DNA of 37,982 nt, taken from Candidatus Woesearchaeota archaeon (GTDB lineage: Archaea; Nanobdellota; Nanobdellia; Pacearchaeales; GW2011-AR1). The position numbers and the translations under genes are program-made. The stretch spans positions 1 to 37,982 of the forward strand of contig CAYQDG010000004.1 in assembly GCA_964416245.1 (NCBI GenBank), in the 5' to 3' direction. The notes below the pieces were generated by a model, which saw nothing but the letters and a program-made list of their open reading frames with translations, had not been told where the DNA came from and did not search any database. This document shows positions 1 through 7,737 of this stretch, in pieces (position 1 is the stretch's first letter; the number at the start of each line of letters is the position of its first letter).

Positions 1-27
1 CTTTTTAGATTTCTTTTTTTTTGCCAT

Positions 28-576
28 TTAAATTTTAGAAAAAATGTTTTTATCAATTTGTTCAATTTGTTCTTTAGTATTTTGTATTTCGGAAGCCCAT
101 TCAGATAATTCATCTTCTTCTTTATCCTTTAATTCTTTCGTTTCTTTCAATAGTTCTTCTATTTCTCCTATTTTTTCTTTAGTTTCTTCAAATATTTTTA
201 GAGATTCTTCGAATTTATCCAGTCTTATAAACACTGGTTCTGCAGAATCTACCCTTTTTTTTGAATATCCAGTAGTTTTTTCCTGCAGAGGAAATCCAGA
301 CTCTATTTCTTTTGGTTTTCTAAAACCCTTAATCTTTTCTAAAGGCGCTTCATTTTCTTGGGGCTCAGACATTTCAAATTCATTCATGTTTCCTCCCGTA
401 ACAGCATTTTTTATAGTGTTTTGAGAAAATTTTTCACCAAAATTATTATTTGGAAATGAAGGCAATTTATGCATTTCTTCTCCATTAGATTCTTCAAAAT
501 TAGGCAGGGATGGGAGTTCAGGCAATTTTGGGGGGCTTGGAGCCTCTTTTTTTTCTTTTTTTCCAAATAATGACAT
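28..576 (-). CDS. hypothetical protein with a Pro-rich N-terminal half and a C-terminal coiled coil
   Basis: 182-aa ORF. A GAGGTG Shine-Dalgarno-like motif (rc of 581-586) sits 4 nt upstream of the ATG. I recognise no family. Confidence 0.5.
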   Translation of the reverse strand: MSLFGKKEKKEAPSPPKLPELPSLPNFEESNGEEMHKLPSFPNNNFGEKFSQNTIKNAVTGGNMNEFEMSEPQENEAPLEKIKGFRKPKEIESGFPLQEKTTGYSKKRVDSAEPVFIRLDKFEESLKIFEETKEKIGEIEELLKETKELKDKEEDELSEWASEIQNTKEQIEQIDKNIFSKI

Positions 577-712
577 TTTACACCTCTGAATATTATAACA
601 TTCTTAGGTTTAAAAATGTTTTTTATTTTTATTGTCCATTTATTTGCCTTTTGATATTTTTTTAAATTTTTTAACCGAAAGGTATTTAATTAAATTGGTT
701 TTATTTATTCAT

Positions 713-1540
713 ATGTTAGACAAACTTCTAAAAGAAATTGTAATCATAACTGTTGGTAAACAAGCAGAAGATATTGCTGATTTATTAAATTCAAAGAAGC
801 ATCAAAATGAATTTAACATTGCTAAAAAAATGGGAATAACAATTAATCAAACTAGGAATATTTTGTATAAACTTTCTGATTTTGGATTGGTCTCTTCTGA
901 AAGAAAAAAAGATAAGAAAAAAGGTTGGTATACTTATTTTTGGAAATTTGAAATAATGAAATCTTTAGAGTTTTTGCAAAATTTACTTCTAGAAAATAAA
1001 GAAGAAATAAAAAAAGAAATTGAGACAAGAGAGAAAAATAATTATTATGTTTGTGATTTGTGCAATTTAGAATATAATGAAGATGAAGCACTTTTAATGG
1101 ATTTTACTTGTGATGAATGTGGAGATCTTTTTAAAACAAAGGATAATTCAAAATTAATTAGGGAATTAAATAAACGTTTAGAAAAAATTGACGAAAGATT
1201 AGAATTCATTAATGTTGAAATAGAAAAAGAACAAAAGAAATTAGATAAGAAAAAAACAATTCAACTAAAGAAAGAAGAGAAAGAAAAAGAATTAAAGAAA
1301 GAAATTGCCAAGCAAAAAAGAGCGGAGAAGAAAAAGTTAAAAGATTCTCTTAAGAAAAAGGTTGTTAAAAAGAAATCTGCAACTAAGAAAAAAACTGTCA
1401 AGAAAAAAGTTGCGAAAAAAAAGGTTGTTAAAAAGAAACCTGCAACTAAGAAAAAAACTGTCAAGAAAAAAGCTGCAACTAAGAAAAAAGCAGTGAAGAA
1501 AAAAGTTGCTAAGAAAAAGGCTGCTCACAAAAAGAATTAA
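713..1540 (+). CDS. tfe: transcription factor E alpha (TFE/TFIIE-alpha-like) with a lysine-rich C-terminal tail
   Basis: Winged-helix segment IAKKMGITINQTRNILYKLSDFGLV...GWYTYFWKF followed by zinc ribbon CDLC...CDEC. I prefer the ATG at 713 over the TTG at 632 because a TATA-like TTTAATTAAA lies about 25-30 nt upstream. Confidence 0.75.
   Translation: MLDKLLKEIVIITVGKQAEDIADLLNSKKHQNEFNIAKKMGITINQTRNILYKLSDFGLVSSERKKDKKKGWYTYFWKFEIMKSLEFLQNLLLENKEEIKKEIETREKNNYYVCDLCNLEYNEDEALLMDFTCDECGDLFKTKDNSKLIRELNKRLEKIDERLEFINVEIEKEQKKLDKKKTIQLKKEEKEKELKKEIAKQKRAEKKKLKDSLKKKVVKKKSATKKKTVKKKVAKKKVVKKKPATKKKTVKKKAATKKKAVKKKVAKKKAAHKKN
1358..1488 (+). repeat. 63-bp (21-codon) tandem repeat encoding KKK-x-x-KKK units inside the TFE tail
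   Basis: 1358-1413 matches 1421-1476 with 2 mismatches. CTGCAACTAAGAAAAAA recurs a third time at 1472. Confidence 0.8.
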
Positions 1541-1595
1541 TCTTTTGCTATTTTTTAGAAACTATTAAAAATAAATTTATCTTCAATGAATCAAG

Positions 1596-2273
1596 ATGGG
1601 TGTTTATCAAGTTTATCCTAAAAGAAAAAATAATTTTGTTGAAAGGTTTTCTAATTTTAGTTTGACTACCCAATTAATTATTGTCAATATTTTTTGTTTT
1701 ATTCTTTTTTTTATTTTGATTTCCACAAATATTCTTAGTTGGGATTATATTGCAATTAATCCTTCAAATATTTTGAATGGTTTGTATTTGTGGACTTTTT
1801 TAACGAGCATGTTTATGCACGGAGGATTTTTTCATCTTTTTGTTAATATGTTGTCTTTGTTTTTTGTTGGGACCTTGATAGAAAGAATCTTGGGAAAGAA
1901 AAGATTTTTTTGGTTTTATGTTCTTGCTGGATTATTTTCTGGTCTTTTGTTTGTTGTTTCGCCTTATTTATTTCCTCAAGATTTGAACACTTATGCAGTT
2001 GGAGCTAGTGGTGCTTTGTTTGGATTAGTGGGCCTGTTGGTGTTGTTGACTCCAAATCTTCCGGTTTATATAATGTTTATTCCGATACCCATTAAAATGA
2101 AATATGCGGCTCCAGGAATGTTAGTTTTATTGTGGTTAATTTCTATAACTGCTGGATTACCAATTGGGAATATTGCACATTTAGGCGGGCTTATATTTGG
2201 TTTGGGATATGGTTTAATTTTAGTTAATAAATTTCCAAACAAAATAAGAAGAATTAGGAGGCATTTTAGTTAA
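1596..2273 (+). CDS. rhomboid family intramembrane serine protease
   Basis: Multi-TM protein with the GASGALFG catalytic Ser motif and the AHLGGLIFG catalytic His motif. Confidence 0.85.
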   Translation: MGVYQVYPKRKNNFVERFSNFSLTTQLIIVNIFCFILFFILISTNILSWDYIAINPSNILNGLYLWTFLTSMFMHGGFFHLFVNMLSLFFVGTLIERILGKKRFFWFYVLAGLFSGLLFVVSPYLFPQDLNTYAVGASGALFGLVGLLVLLTPNLPVYIMFIPIPIKMKYAAPGMLVLLWLISITAGLPIGNIAHLGGLIFGLGYGLILVNKFPNKIRRIRRHFS

Positions 2274-2867
2274 ATGAATTTTAAAAAAATTGAAAAGGAA
2301 ATTAGTAAAAAATATGTTTCATGTTTCGATTATTTAAAAAAATCTAAGAATTTTATTTGGTTTTCAATAGGGCTTTTTTTCTTTTTTTCTTTAATTGGTT
2401 TTTTTGTCCCGCTTCCAAGCGATATACAAAATGAAATAATTGAGTATTTTAGAAAACTTGTTTTAGAAACGCAGGGTTTTAATTTTTGGCAGATGTTTGA
2501 ATTTTTATTTACGAATAATTCCGTTGCGACTTTTGTTGGTTTATTTTCGGGGGTTTTATTTGGAATTATTCCTTTTTTTAATATTGTGACTAATGGTTTT
2601 GTTTTGGGTTTTGCTTCTTCTTTAAGTGTTTTAGAAAATGGTTTATTTTCTTTGTGGAGAATTTTTCCTCACGGGATTTTTGAATTGCCCGCAGTATTCA
2701 TTTCTTTGGGATTAGGGATTAAATTGGGTTCTTTTGTTTTTTTAAAAAATCCCTGGATTAAATTTAGAGAATTTTTTATTAATTCAATTAATGTTTATAT
2801 TTTCATTATTCTGCCTTTGCTAATTATTGCAGGTATTTTGGAATCAATTTTAATTGTTTTCCTATAA
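2274..2867 (+). CDS. SpoIIM-like (stage II sporulation protein M family) membrane protein
   Basis: FPHGIFELPAVFISLGLG motif and multi-TM topology. The start abuts the rhomboid stop (TAAATG), with TAGGAGG upstream. Confidence 0.65.
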   Translation: MNFKKIEKEISKKYVSCFDYLKKSKNFIWFSIGLFFFFSLIGFFVPLPSDIQNEIIEYFRKLVLETQGFNFWQMFEFLFTNNSVATFVGLFSGVLFGIIPFFNIVTNGFVLGFASSLSVLENGLFSLWRIFPHGIFELPAVFISLGLGIKLGSFVFLKNPWIKFREFFINSINVYIFIILPLLIIAGILESILIVFL

Positions 2868-2868
2868 T

Positions 2869-3060
2869 TTATTCTTTCAATTCAGAAATTCCGAGTATTA
2901 TTAGTATTAATCCAATTAAAGGAATCAATATTGTAATTCCTCCCTTAATCAAAGTAATTGCGGCTTTTCCCCAAGATAAAAGGAATTGTTCTTGTGAAAC
3001 AAAAAAGATTGTTCCTGCAAGAAGGGTTAGGCCTACTAAAATTTTTATTATTTTTTTCAT
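2869..3060 (-). CDS. small two-TM membrane protein, unknown function
   Basis: 63-aa ORF with two clear hydrophobic helices. It fills the gap between flanking genes. Confidence 0.4.
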   Translation of the reverse strand: MKKIIKILVGLTLLAGTIFFVSQEQFLLSWGKAAITLIKGGITILIPLIGLILIILGISELKE

Positions 3061-3127
3061 ATTATTGCTAGTTTCGTTTGTTTTAAAAATATTTTTATGT
3101 TTGAGAAGAGGTTTTATTATAAGATAA

Positions 3128-3138
3128 TTTTAAAAATA
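3128..3138 (+). promoter_or_regulatory. TATA box candidate for the deoxyhypusine synthase gene
   Basis: TTTTAAAAATA at -30 to -20 relative to the ATG at 3158. This implies a leaderless or very short-leader mRNA. Confidence 0.35.
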
Positions 3139-3157
3139 AGGGTTTTTTGTTTCCTTT

Positions 3158-4138
3158 ATGGAAGAAAAAAAGGCAAGAGAAAATATCTTGAGAGAATCTG
3201 AAGAAGTAGAGGGAGTTTCGATTAAAGGATATGATTTTAATGAAGGCATTGATTTTGAAAAAATTTTGGATAGTTATTTTTCTATGGGAATTCAATCGAC
3301 TAATTTTTCTAAAGGAATTGAAATTATCAATGAAATGATAAGGGAGAAAGCTTACATTTATTTGGGTTATACTTCTAATATGGCAACTTCAGGTATGAGG
3401 GAAATAATAAGATATTTGGCAGAGCATAAAAAAGTAAATGTTATGGTTACGACTTCTGGAGGAATTGAAGAAGATTTTATTAAGTGTCTGGGAGATTTTA
3501 AGTTAGGGAATTTTAGAGCAATTGGAAAAGAATTAAGAGAAAAAGGAATTAATCGTGCAGGAAATGTTTATGTTCCTAATTCTAGGTATTGTCGTTTTGA
3601 GGAATTTATTATCCCTATTTTTGAAGAATTTTATGAAAGGCAAAAGAAAACAGGGAAGGTTGTTTCTGCAAGCGAATTAATTTGGAAGATGGGAGAGAAA
3701 ATTAATAATGAAAAATCAATTTATTATTGGGCATGGAAGAATAAAATTCCTGTTTTTTGTCCTGCAATTACTGATGGAAGTATAGGAGATATGATTTATT
3801 TTTTTAAATCTAAATATCCTGATTTTTTAGTTGACGTTTCTGAAGATATTTGGAAAATGAATAACACAACTTTGAGCCCTGATAAAACAGGAATTATAAT
3901 TTTGGGCAGTGGAGTTATCAAACATCATATTTGTAATGCTAACATGTTCAGAGATGGGGCAGATTATGCAGTTTATATAAATAGTTCTCCGGAATTTGAT
4001 GGTTCAGATTCGGGAGCATTGCCTGAAGAAGCAGTTAGTTGGGGAAAAATTCGTCCAGACGCAAAAAAAATTAAAATTTATTCTGAAGCTTCTTTGGTTT
4101 TTCCTTTAATTGTAGCTAGAACTTTTGCTAAAAGATAG
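3158..4138 (+). CDS. dys: deoxyhypusine synthase
   Basis: Family-typical motifs: TTSGGIEEDFIKC, NRAGNVYVPN, CPAITDGSIGDM, GSGVIKHHICNAN, EFDGSDSGA and EAVSWGKI. Confidence 0.9.
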   Translation: MEEKKARENILRESEEVEGVSIKGYDFNEGIDFEKILDSYFSMGIQSTNFSKGIEIINEMIREKAYIYLGYTSNMATSGMREIIRYLAEHKKVNVMVTTSGGIEEDFIKCLGDFKLGNFRAIGKELREKGINRAGNVYVPNSRYCRFEEFIIPIFEEFYERQKKTGKVVSASELIWKMGEKINNEKSIYYWAWKNKIPVFCPAITDGSIGDMIYFFKSKYPDFLVDVSEDIWKMNNTTLSPDKTGIIILGSGVIKHHICNANMFRDGADYAVYINSSPEFDGSDSGALPEEAVSWGKIRPDAKKIKIYSEASLVFPLIVARTFAKR

Positions 4139-4190
4139 TATATTCTTGATTAATATAAAATTTATAAGTGGTGAGTATATTATATTTTTG

Positions 4191-4664
4191 ATGGGGAAGA
4201 TATTTAAAAGTAAATGTGAAAGGCTTTTGGAAAAATCTAATATTCCCAAAGAGATTGAATATTGGCATTATGCTGATTCTAAAAATCCTTCCAAGGGGAA
4301 AAAATATATCGTAAATATCAAACCCACTATGAAAAGATTTGAATTTGGGGGGAGTGATGAAGAAAGGATGTATTTATCTATAAAATTAAATGAAATTCTT
4401 GGCGTTAAATATGGAAATAATTTTTCTTGGAGTAAATTTCTGAAAAAGGTAGAAAAACTTGATACGCACTTAATTTTTTATGATGAATTTCCTTTAACAA
4501 AAGATAATACTGTAAAAAATATTTTTTATAATATTCATGAAAAACATGGTCTAGAAAAAAAATTTATTAAAGAACTTTTTGAACCTTCAATTTGTGGATT
4601 ATTGAAACAAAAAAAGAAAAAATTTGATCCTAAACAAATCAAAAATAATTGTAAAAAATCTTAA
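4191..4664 (+). CDS. hypothetical protein
   Basis: I prefer the ATG at 4191 over the TTG at 4125, which overlaps dys. A TATA-like TAATATAAAATTTATAA lies about 25-40 nt upstream. No family recognised. Confidence 0.45.
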   Translation: MGKIFKSKCERLLEKSNIPKEIEYWHYADSKNPSKGKKYIVNIKPTMKRFEFGGSDEERMYLSIKLNEILGVKYGNNFSWSKFLKKVEKLDTHLIFYDEFPLTKDNTVKNIFYNIHEKHGLEKKFIKELFEPSICGLLKQKKKKFDPKQIKNNCKKS

Positions 4665-4686
4665 TTTTGATTTTTTCTCACAAATG

Positions 4687-4695
4687 TTTAAATAA
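4687..4695 (+). promoter_or_regulatory. TATA box candidate for disA
   Basis: TTTAAATAA at -29 to -21 from the ATG at 4716. Confidence 0.4.
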
Positions 4696-4715
4696 TTCAG
4701 TGGTTTATTTTTTTT

Positions 4716-5816
4716 ATGGCTAAGAAAAAAGATGATTCAGGGGAGTTGTTTTCGTCTCTTTCTGATTCTGCATTAGAAGGAAAAAAATTCGAGAAGGATT
4801 TTATAGATGTTTTGAAAATGGTTGCTCCTGGAACTAGTTTGAGAGTTGCTTTGGATGATTTGTTGAGAGCAAAGATGGGGGCGTTGGTTGTTTTTGATAA
4901 CGGGAGTGTTGATTCTTTAATTGAAGGAGGATTTAAAATTAATTCAAAATTTAGTCCTCAAAAATTAGTTGAATTGGCAAAGATGGATGGTGCTCTTGTG
5001 GTTTCAAGGGACTCCAAAGAGATTTTATCTGCAAATACTTTGTTAGTTCCAGATAGTACTATTTTTACTAGGGAAACTGGAACTAGGCACAAAGCTGCTG
5101 AAAGAACTGCAAATCAAGCAAATACTATTGCTATTGCTGTTTCTGAGAGAAAAAATAAAATTTCTTTGTATTATGGGAAAACTTATTATCAATTGGAAAG
5201 AAGTTCGGAAATTCTTCGTAGAGCTTCAGAAACCTTACAAATTTTGGAAAAACAGAGAGATCTTTTTGATGAGTTTTTGGATGTTTTAAATTCTTTGGAA
5301 TTACAAAGGAGTTCTAGCATAAATGATGTTTGTTATGTTTTGCAAAGAGCAGAAATAATGAAAAGAATTGAGGCTATTGTTCAAAGGTATTTAATTGAAT
5401 TGGGTCGTGAAGGGATGATTGTGAGAATGAGATTGAAAGAATTAACAAGTAGTGTTCAAAAAGAAGAAGAATTGATTTTGAAGGATTATTTTGGAAAAGA
5501 ATATCCAGATTATTTGGGAATTCTTGAAAAGATGGATTTTGATTTTTTGTTAGAACCATTAAACATCTCTCGTATGCTTTTTGAAGAATTACATGATAAA
5601 TCTATTTCTCCTCGAGGATTAAGGATTTTGGGTAAAACTAATCTTTTGGAAAGGTATGTTGATTTGTTAATTGGTAATTTTGAAAATTTGGATAAGATTT
5701 TATCTGCCAAAAATGAAAGGCTTTTGGAAATATTGGAGAGTGAAGCGATGGTTAGTTTCTTTAGAGAAGAAATTTATAATTTGAAGGAGAAAGTTAGTCT
5801 TGGTAGGAGTATCTAA
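4716..5816 (+). CDS. disA: DisA-type diadenylate cyclase (DNA integrity scanning protein, DAC domain)
   Basis: DAC-domain motifs GALVVF, DGALVVS and TGTRHKAAERTA. The ~360-aa length with helical and C-terminal domains is typical of DisA. Confidence 0.85.
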   Translation: MAKKKDDSGELFSSLSDSALEGKKFEKDFIDVLKMVAPGTSLRVALDDLLRAKMGALVVFDNGSVDSLIEGGFKINSKFSPQKLVELAKMDGALVVSRDSKEILSANTLLVPDSTIFTRETGTRHKAAERTANQANTIAIAVSERKNKISLYYGKTYYQLERSSEILRRASETLQILEKQRDLFDEFLDVLNSLELQRSSSINDVCYVLQRAEIMKRIEAIVQRYLIELGREGMIVRMRLKELTSSVQKEEELILKDYFGKEYPDYLGILEKMDFDFLLEPLNISRMLFEELHDKSISPRGLRILGKTNLLERYVDLLIGNFENLDKILSAKNERLLEILESEAMVSFFREEIYNLKEKVSLGRSI

Positions 5817-6083
5817 CCACCACTAAAGTGGATGCTCGCCGACACAGTCGCTTCGCATAATGGTTAGTTTCTTTAGAGAAGAAATTTATAATTTGAAGGA
5901 GAAGGTTTCTTTGGGAAGGAGTATCTAACCACCACTAAAGTGGATGCTCGCCGACACAGTCGCTTCGCATAATGGTTAGTTTTTTCAGGGAAGAGATTTA
6001 TAATTTGAAGGAGAAGGTTTCTTTGGGAAGGAGTATCTAACCACCGATAAATCGGAAGCTCATCCAAGCAGTGATTTTGAATA
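5748..6083 (+). repeat. three tandem 112-bp units, each the last 22 codons plus stop of disA and 43 nt of downstream sequence
   Basis: The units start at 5748, 5860 and 5972. All encode MVSFFREEIYNLKEKVSLGRSI*. The 43-nt tails of units 1 and 2 are identical, and the unit 3 tail differs at about 15/43 positions. Confidence 0.95.
5820..5831 (+). other. post-stop hairpin CCAC-TAAA-GTGG, repeated at 5932-5943 and as CCGA-TAAA-TCGG at 6044-6055
   Basis: A 4-bp stem with a 4-nt loop begins 4 nt after each TAA. Two base pairs covary between copies. Confidence 0.6.
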
Positions 6084-6110
6084 GTTTTAAGAAAAATAAT
6101 CTTCATTACC

Positions 6111-6120
6111 TTTATATAAT
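6111..6120 (+). promoter_or_regulatory. TATA box candidate for the DHH phosphoesterase gene
   Basis: TTTATATAAT at -29 to -20 from the ATG at 6140. Confidence 0.4.
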
Positions 6121-6139
6121 CTAAGTTTAATTTTTTAGT

Positions 6140-7180
6140 ATGTTAACGGAAAAGGAAAATGAAGAAATTAGGGAGCATTTAGATAGAGCACAAAATCCCT
6201 TATTTTATTTTGATAATGATCAGGACGGACTATGCAGTTATTTATTGATTAGGCGGTTTTTGGAAAGGGGAAATGGGGTGCCTGTTAAAACTTCTCCATT
6301 GGATATGAGTTATTTTAGAAGAATTAATGAATTTGAACCAGATTATGTTTTTATTTTAGATCAGCCTTCGGTTTCAACTGAATTTTTTGAAGCATTGCAT
6401 GAAAAAAATATTTCTATTGTTTGGATTGATCACCATGATAATGATTTAGACACTATTCCAGATTATGTAAATTATTATAATCCTTTGTTTAATGAAAGCA
6501 AAACGAATGAACCGGTTGTTGATTTGTGTTATAGATTTGTTAATAGGAAAGAAGATTTGTGGTTGTTAATTGTGGGATGTATTGCTGACAAATATATGCC
6601 TGAAGAATATTCGGATTTTTTGAAAAAGTACCCTGATTTGGGGATAAATTCTAAGAGTCCTTTTGAAATTTTGTATAATTCAGAAATTGGAAAAATGTCT
6701 CGGATGATTGGAACGGGTTTGAAAGATAGAACGAGTTTAGTTATGAAGATGATTCGTTTTTTAATCAAAGCTAGAAATCCTTATGAGGTTTTGGAAGAAC
6801 AAATTGATAACCATGAGATGCATAAGAATTTTAATAAAATTGATGAGAGATTACAAAAATATTTGAAAAAAGCAAGAGAAGAATATAGTGAAGGAAAAGT
6901 TTTGTTTTTTACTTATTCTGGTGCAACGAGTATGAGTGCAGATATTGCAAATAGGTTAAGTCATGATTATCCTGGAAAAGTGATTGTTGTGGCTTTTATT
7001 CGAGAAGGCCGTGTTAATTTATCTATTAGAGGAAAAGGAGTTAGAGAAAAAGTTTTGAAAGTTTTGGAATTTTTTCCTTTATCTACAGGTGGAGGACATG
7101 AAGATGCTGTTGGAGCGCAGATTGATTCTGATCAATTGGAAGAGTTTGAAAAGAAATTGAAGGAAGAGATTGGAGATTAG
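6140..7180 (+). CDS. DHH/DHHA1 family phosphoesterase (RecJ/NrnA-like)
   Basis: Motifs DNDQDGLCS, DHHDND and, in the C-terminal DHHA1 region, GGGHEDAVGAQ. Confidence 0.8.
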   Translation: MLTEKENEEIREHLDRAQNPLFYFDNDQDGLCSYLLIRRFLERGNGVPVKTSPLDMSYFRRINEFEPDYVFILDQPSVSTEFFEALHEKNISIVWIDHHDNDLDTIPDYVNYYNPLFNESKTNEPVVDLCYRFVNRKEDLWLLIVGCIADKYMPEEYSDFLKKYPDLGINSKSPFEILYNSEIGKMSRMIGTGLKDRTSLVMKMIRFLIKARNPYEVLEEQIDNHEMHKNFNKIDERLQKYLKKAREEYSEGKVLFFTYSGATSMSADIANRLSHDYPGKVIVVAFIREGRVNLSIRGKGVREKVLKVLEFFPLSTGGGHEDAVGAQIDSDQLEEFEKKLKEEIGD

Positions 7181-7340
7181 GGATTGGGAGTTGTTTAAAT
7201 AAAATTAATCTCCTGAAAGTAATAAATGAAAAATAGTAATACTTAAAAATAATTAATTCTTAATTTTTTTATGAGAAGTAAATCATTAGTCTATAATTGG
7301 AATTTTTGTATGGACTTAGTTATTACTTCTATTAAAATAG

Positions 7341-7382
7341 CTTAATTTAATTCAAGTTCTCCTAAACCTGAATTAAATTAAG
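7341..7382. repeat. perfect 14-bp inverted repeat with a 14-nt loop
   Basis: CTTAATTTAATTCA (7341-7354) pairs with TGAATTAAATTAAG (7369-7382). Confidence 0.8.
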
Positions 7383-7737
7383 AAAATGCTTCTAGTTAAT
7401 TTAGGTTGTAAGGATGAATACGAATTTGTTAAGTTTAACTGAATTTCGGTTGAAAAAATGGAACAAAAACAAATGGAAAAAAGACTCAAAATCAAAGATT
7501 TTGGTCAATAGTCCTCGGTGAACCTGCGGTTTTTCCATAAAACAAAAATGGAACAAAAACAAATGGAAAAAAAAGATGTAGAGAAGGAATTGAGTTCTTT
7601 ACTGGCAAGAACATTGTCTTGGGAAGATGAACTTAATTCTATAATAGGAATGGATGAATAAAGAATGAAATTGAAGGGATTCATGAAGGCGTTAGTGTCT
7701 AATATGGAATTTGGAATGTGAAATTTTGCAAATTTGA

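Noticed and set aside
1-27. An ATG on the minus strand at 27-25 could start a gene running off the left edge.
   Set aside because: The reading frame stops after 7 codons (MAKKKEI*), so there is no gene to report.
44-424. Many 60-140-aa ORFs in the six-frame track lie antisense to or embedded in strong CDSs. Examples: 44-424+, 852-1091-, 1261-1464-, 1337-1528-, 3095-3295-, 5374-5559-, 5510-5710-, 6529-6768-, 7884-8069+, 8316-8726+, 8623-8853+, 9865-10065-, 10613-10957-, 12342-12545+, 13156-13404+, 14746-14940+, 15621-15818-, 16042-16239+, 16092-16346-, 16430-16657-, 18004-18192-, 18622-18885-, 19244-19435+, 21298-21495+, 23602-23892-, 24700-24897-, 26335-26637-, 26671-27015-, 27551-27739-, 28498-28701-, 29086-29289+, 30195-30464-, 32196-32435+, 33128-33397-, 34374-34574-, 36082-36264-, 37250-37432-.
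   Set aside because: Each overlaps a CDS with clear family motifs on the other strand or frame. Their translations are the F/L/S/I/K-rich low-complexity products expected from reading AT-rich coding DNA out of frame.
5873-6106. 77-aa minus-strand ORF spanning the disA-end tandem repeats.
   Set aside because: It is the antisense reading of repeat units 2 and 3. The plus-strand frame is the one showing synonymous-only divergence, so this ORF is a by-product of the repeat.
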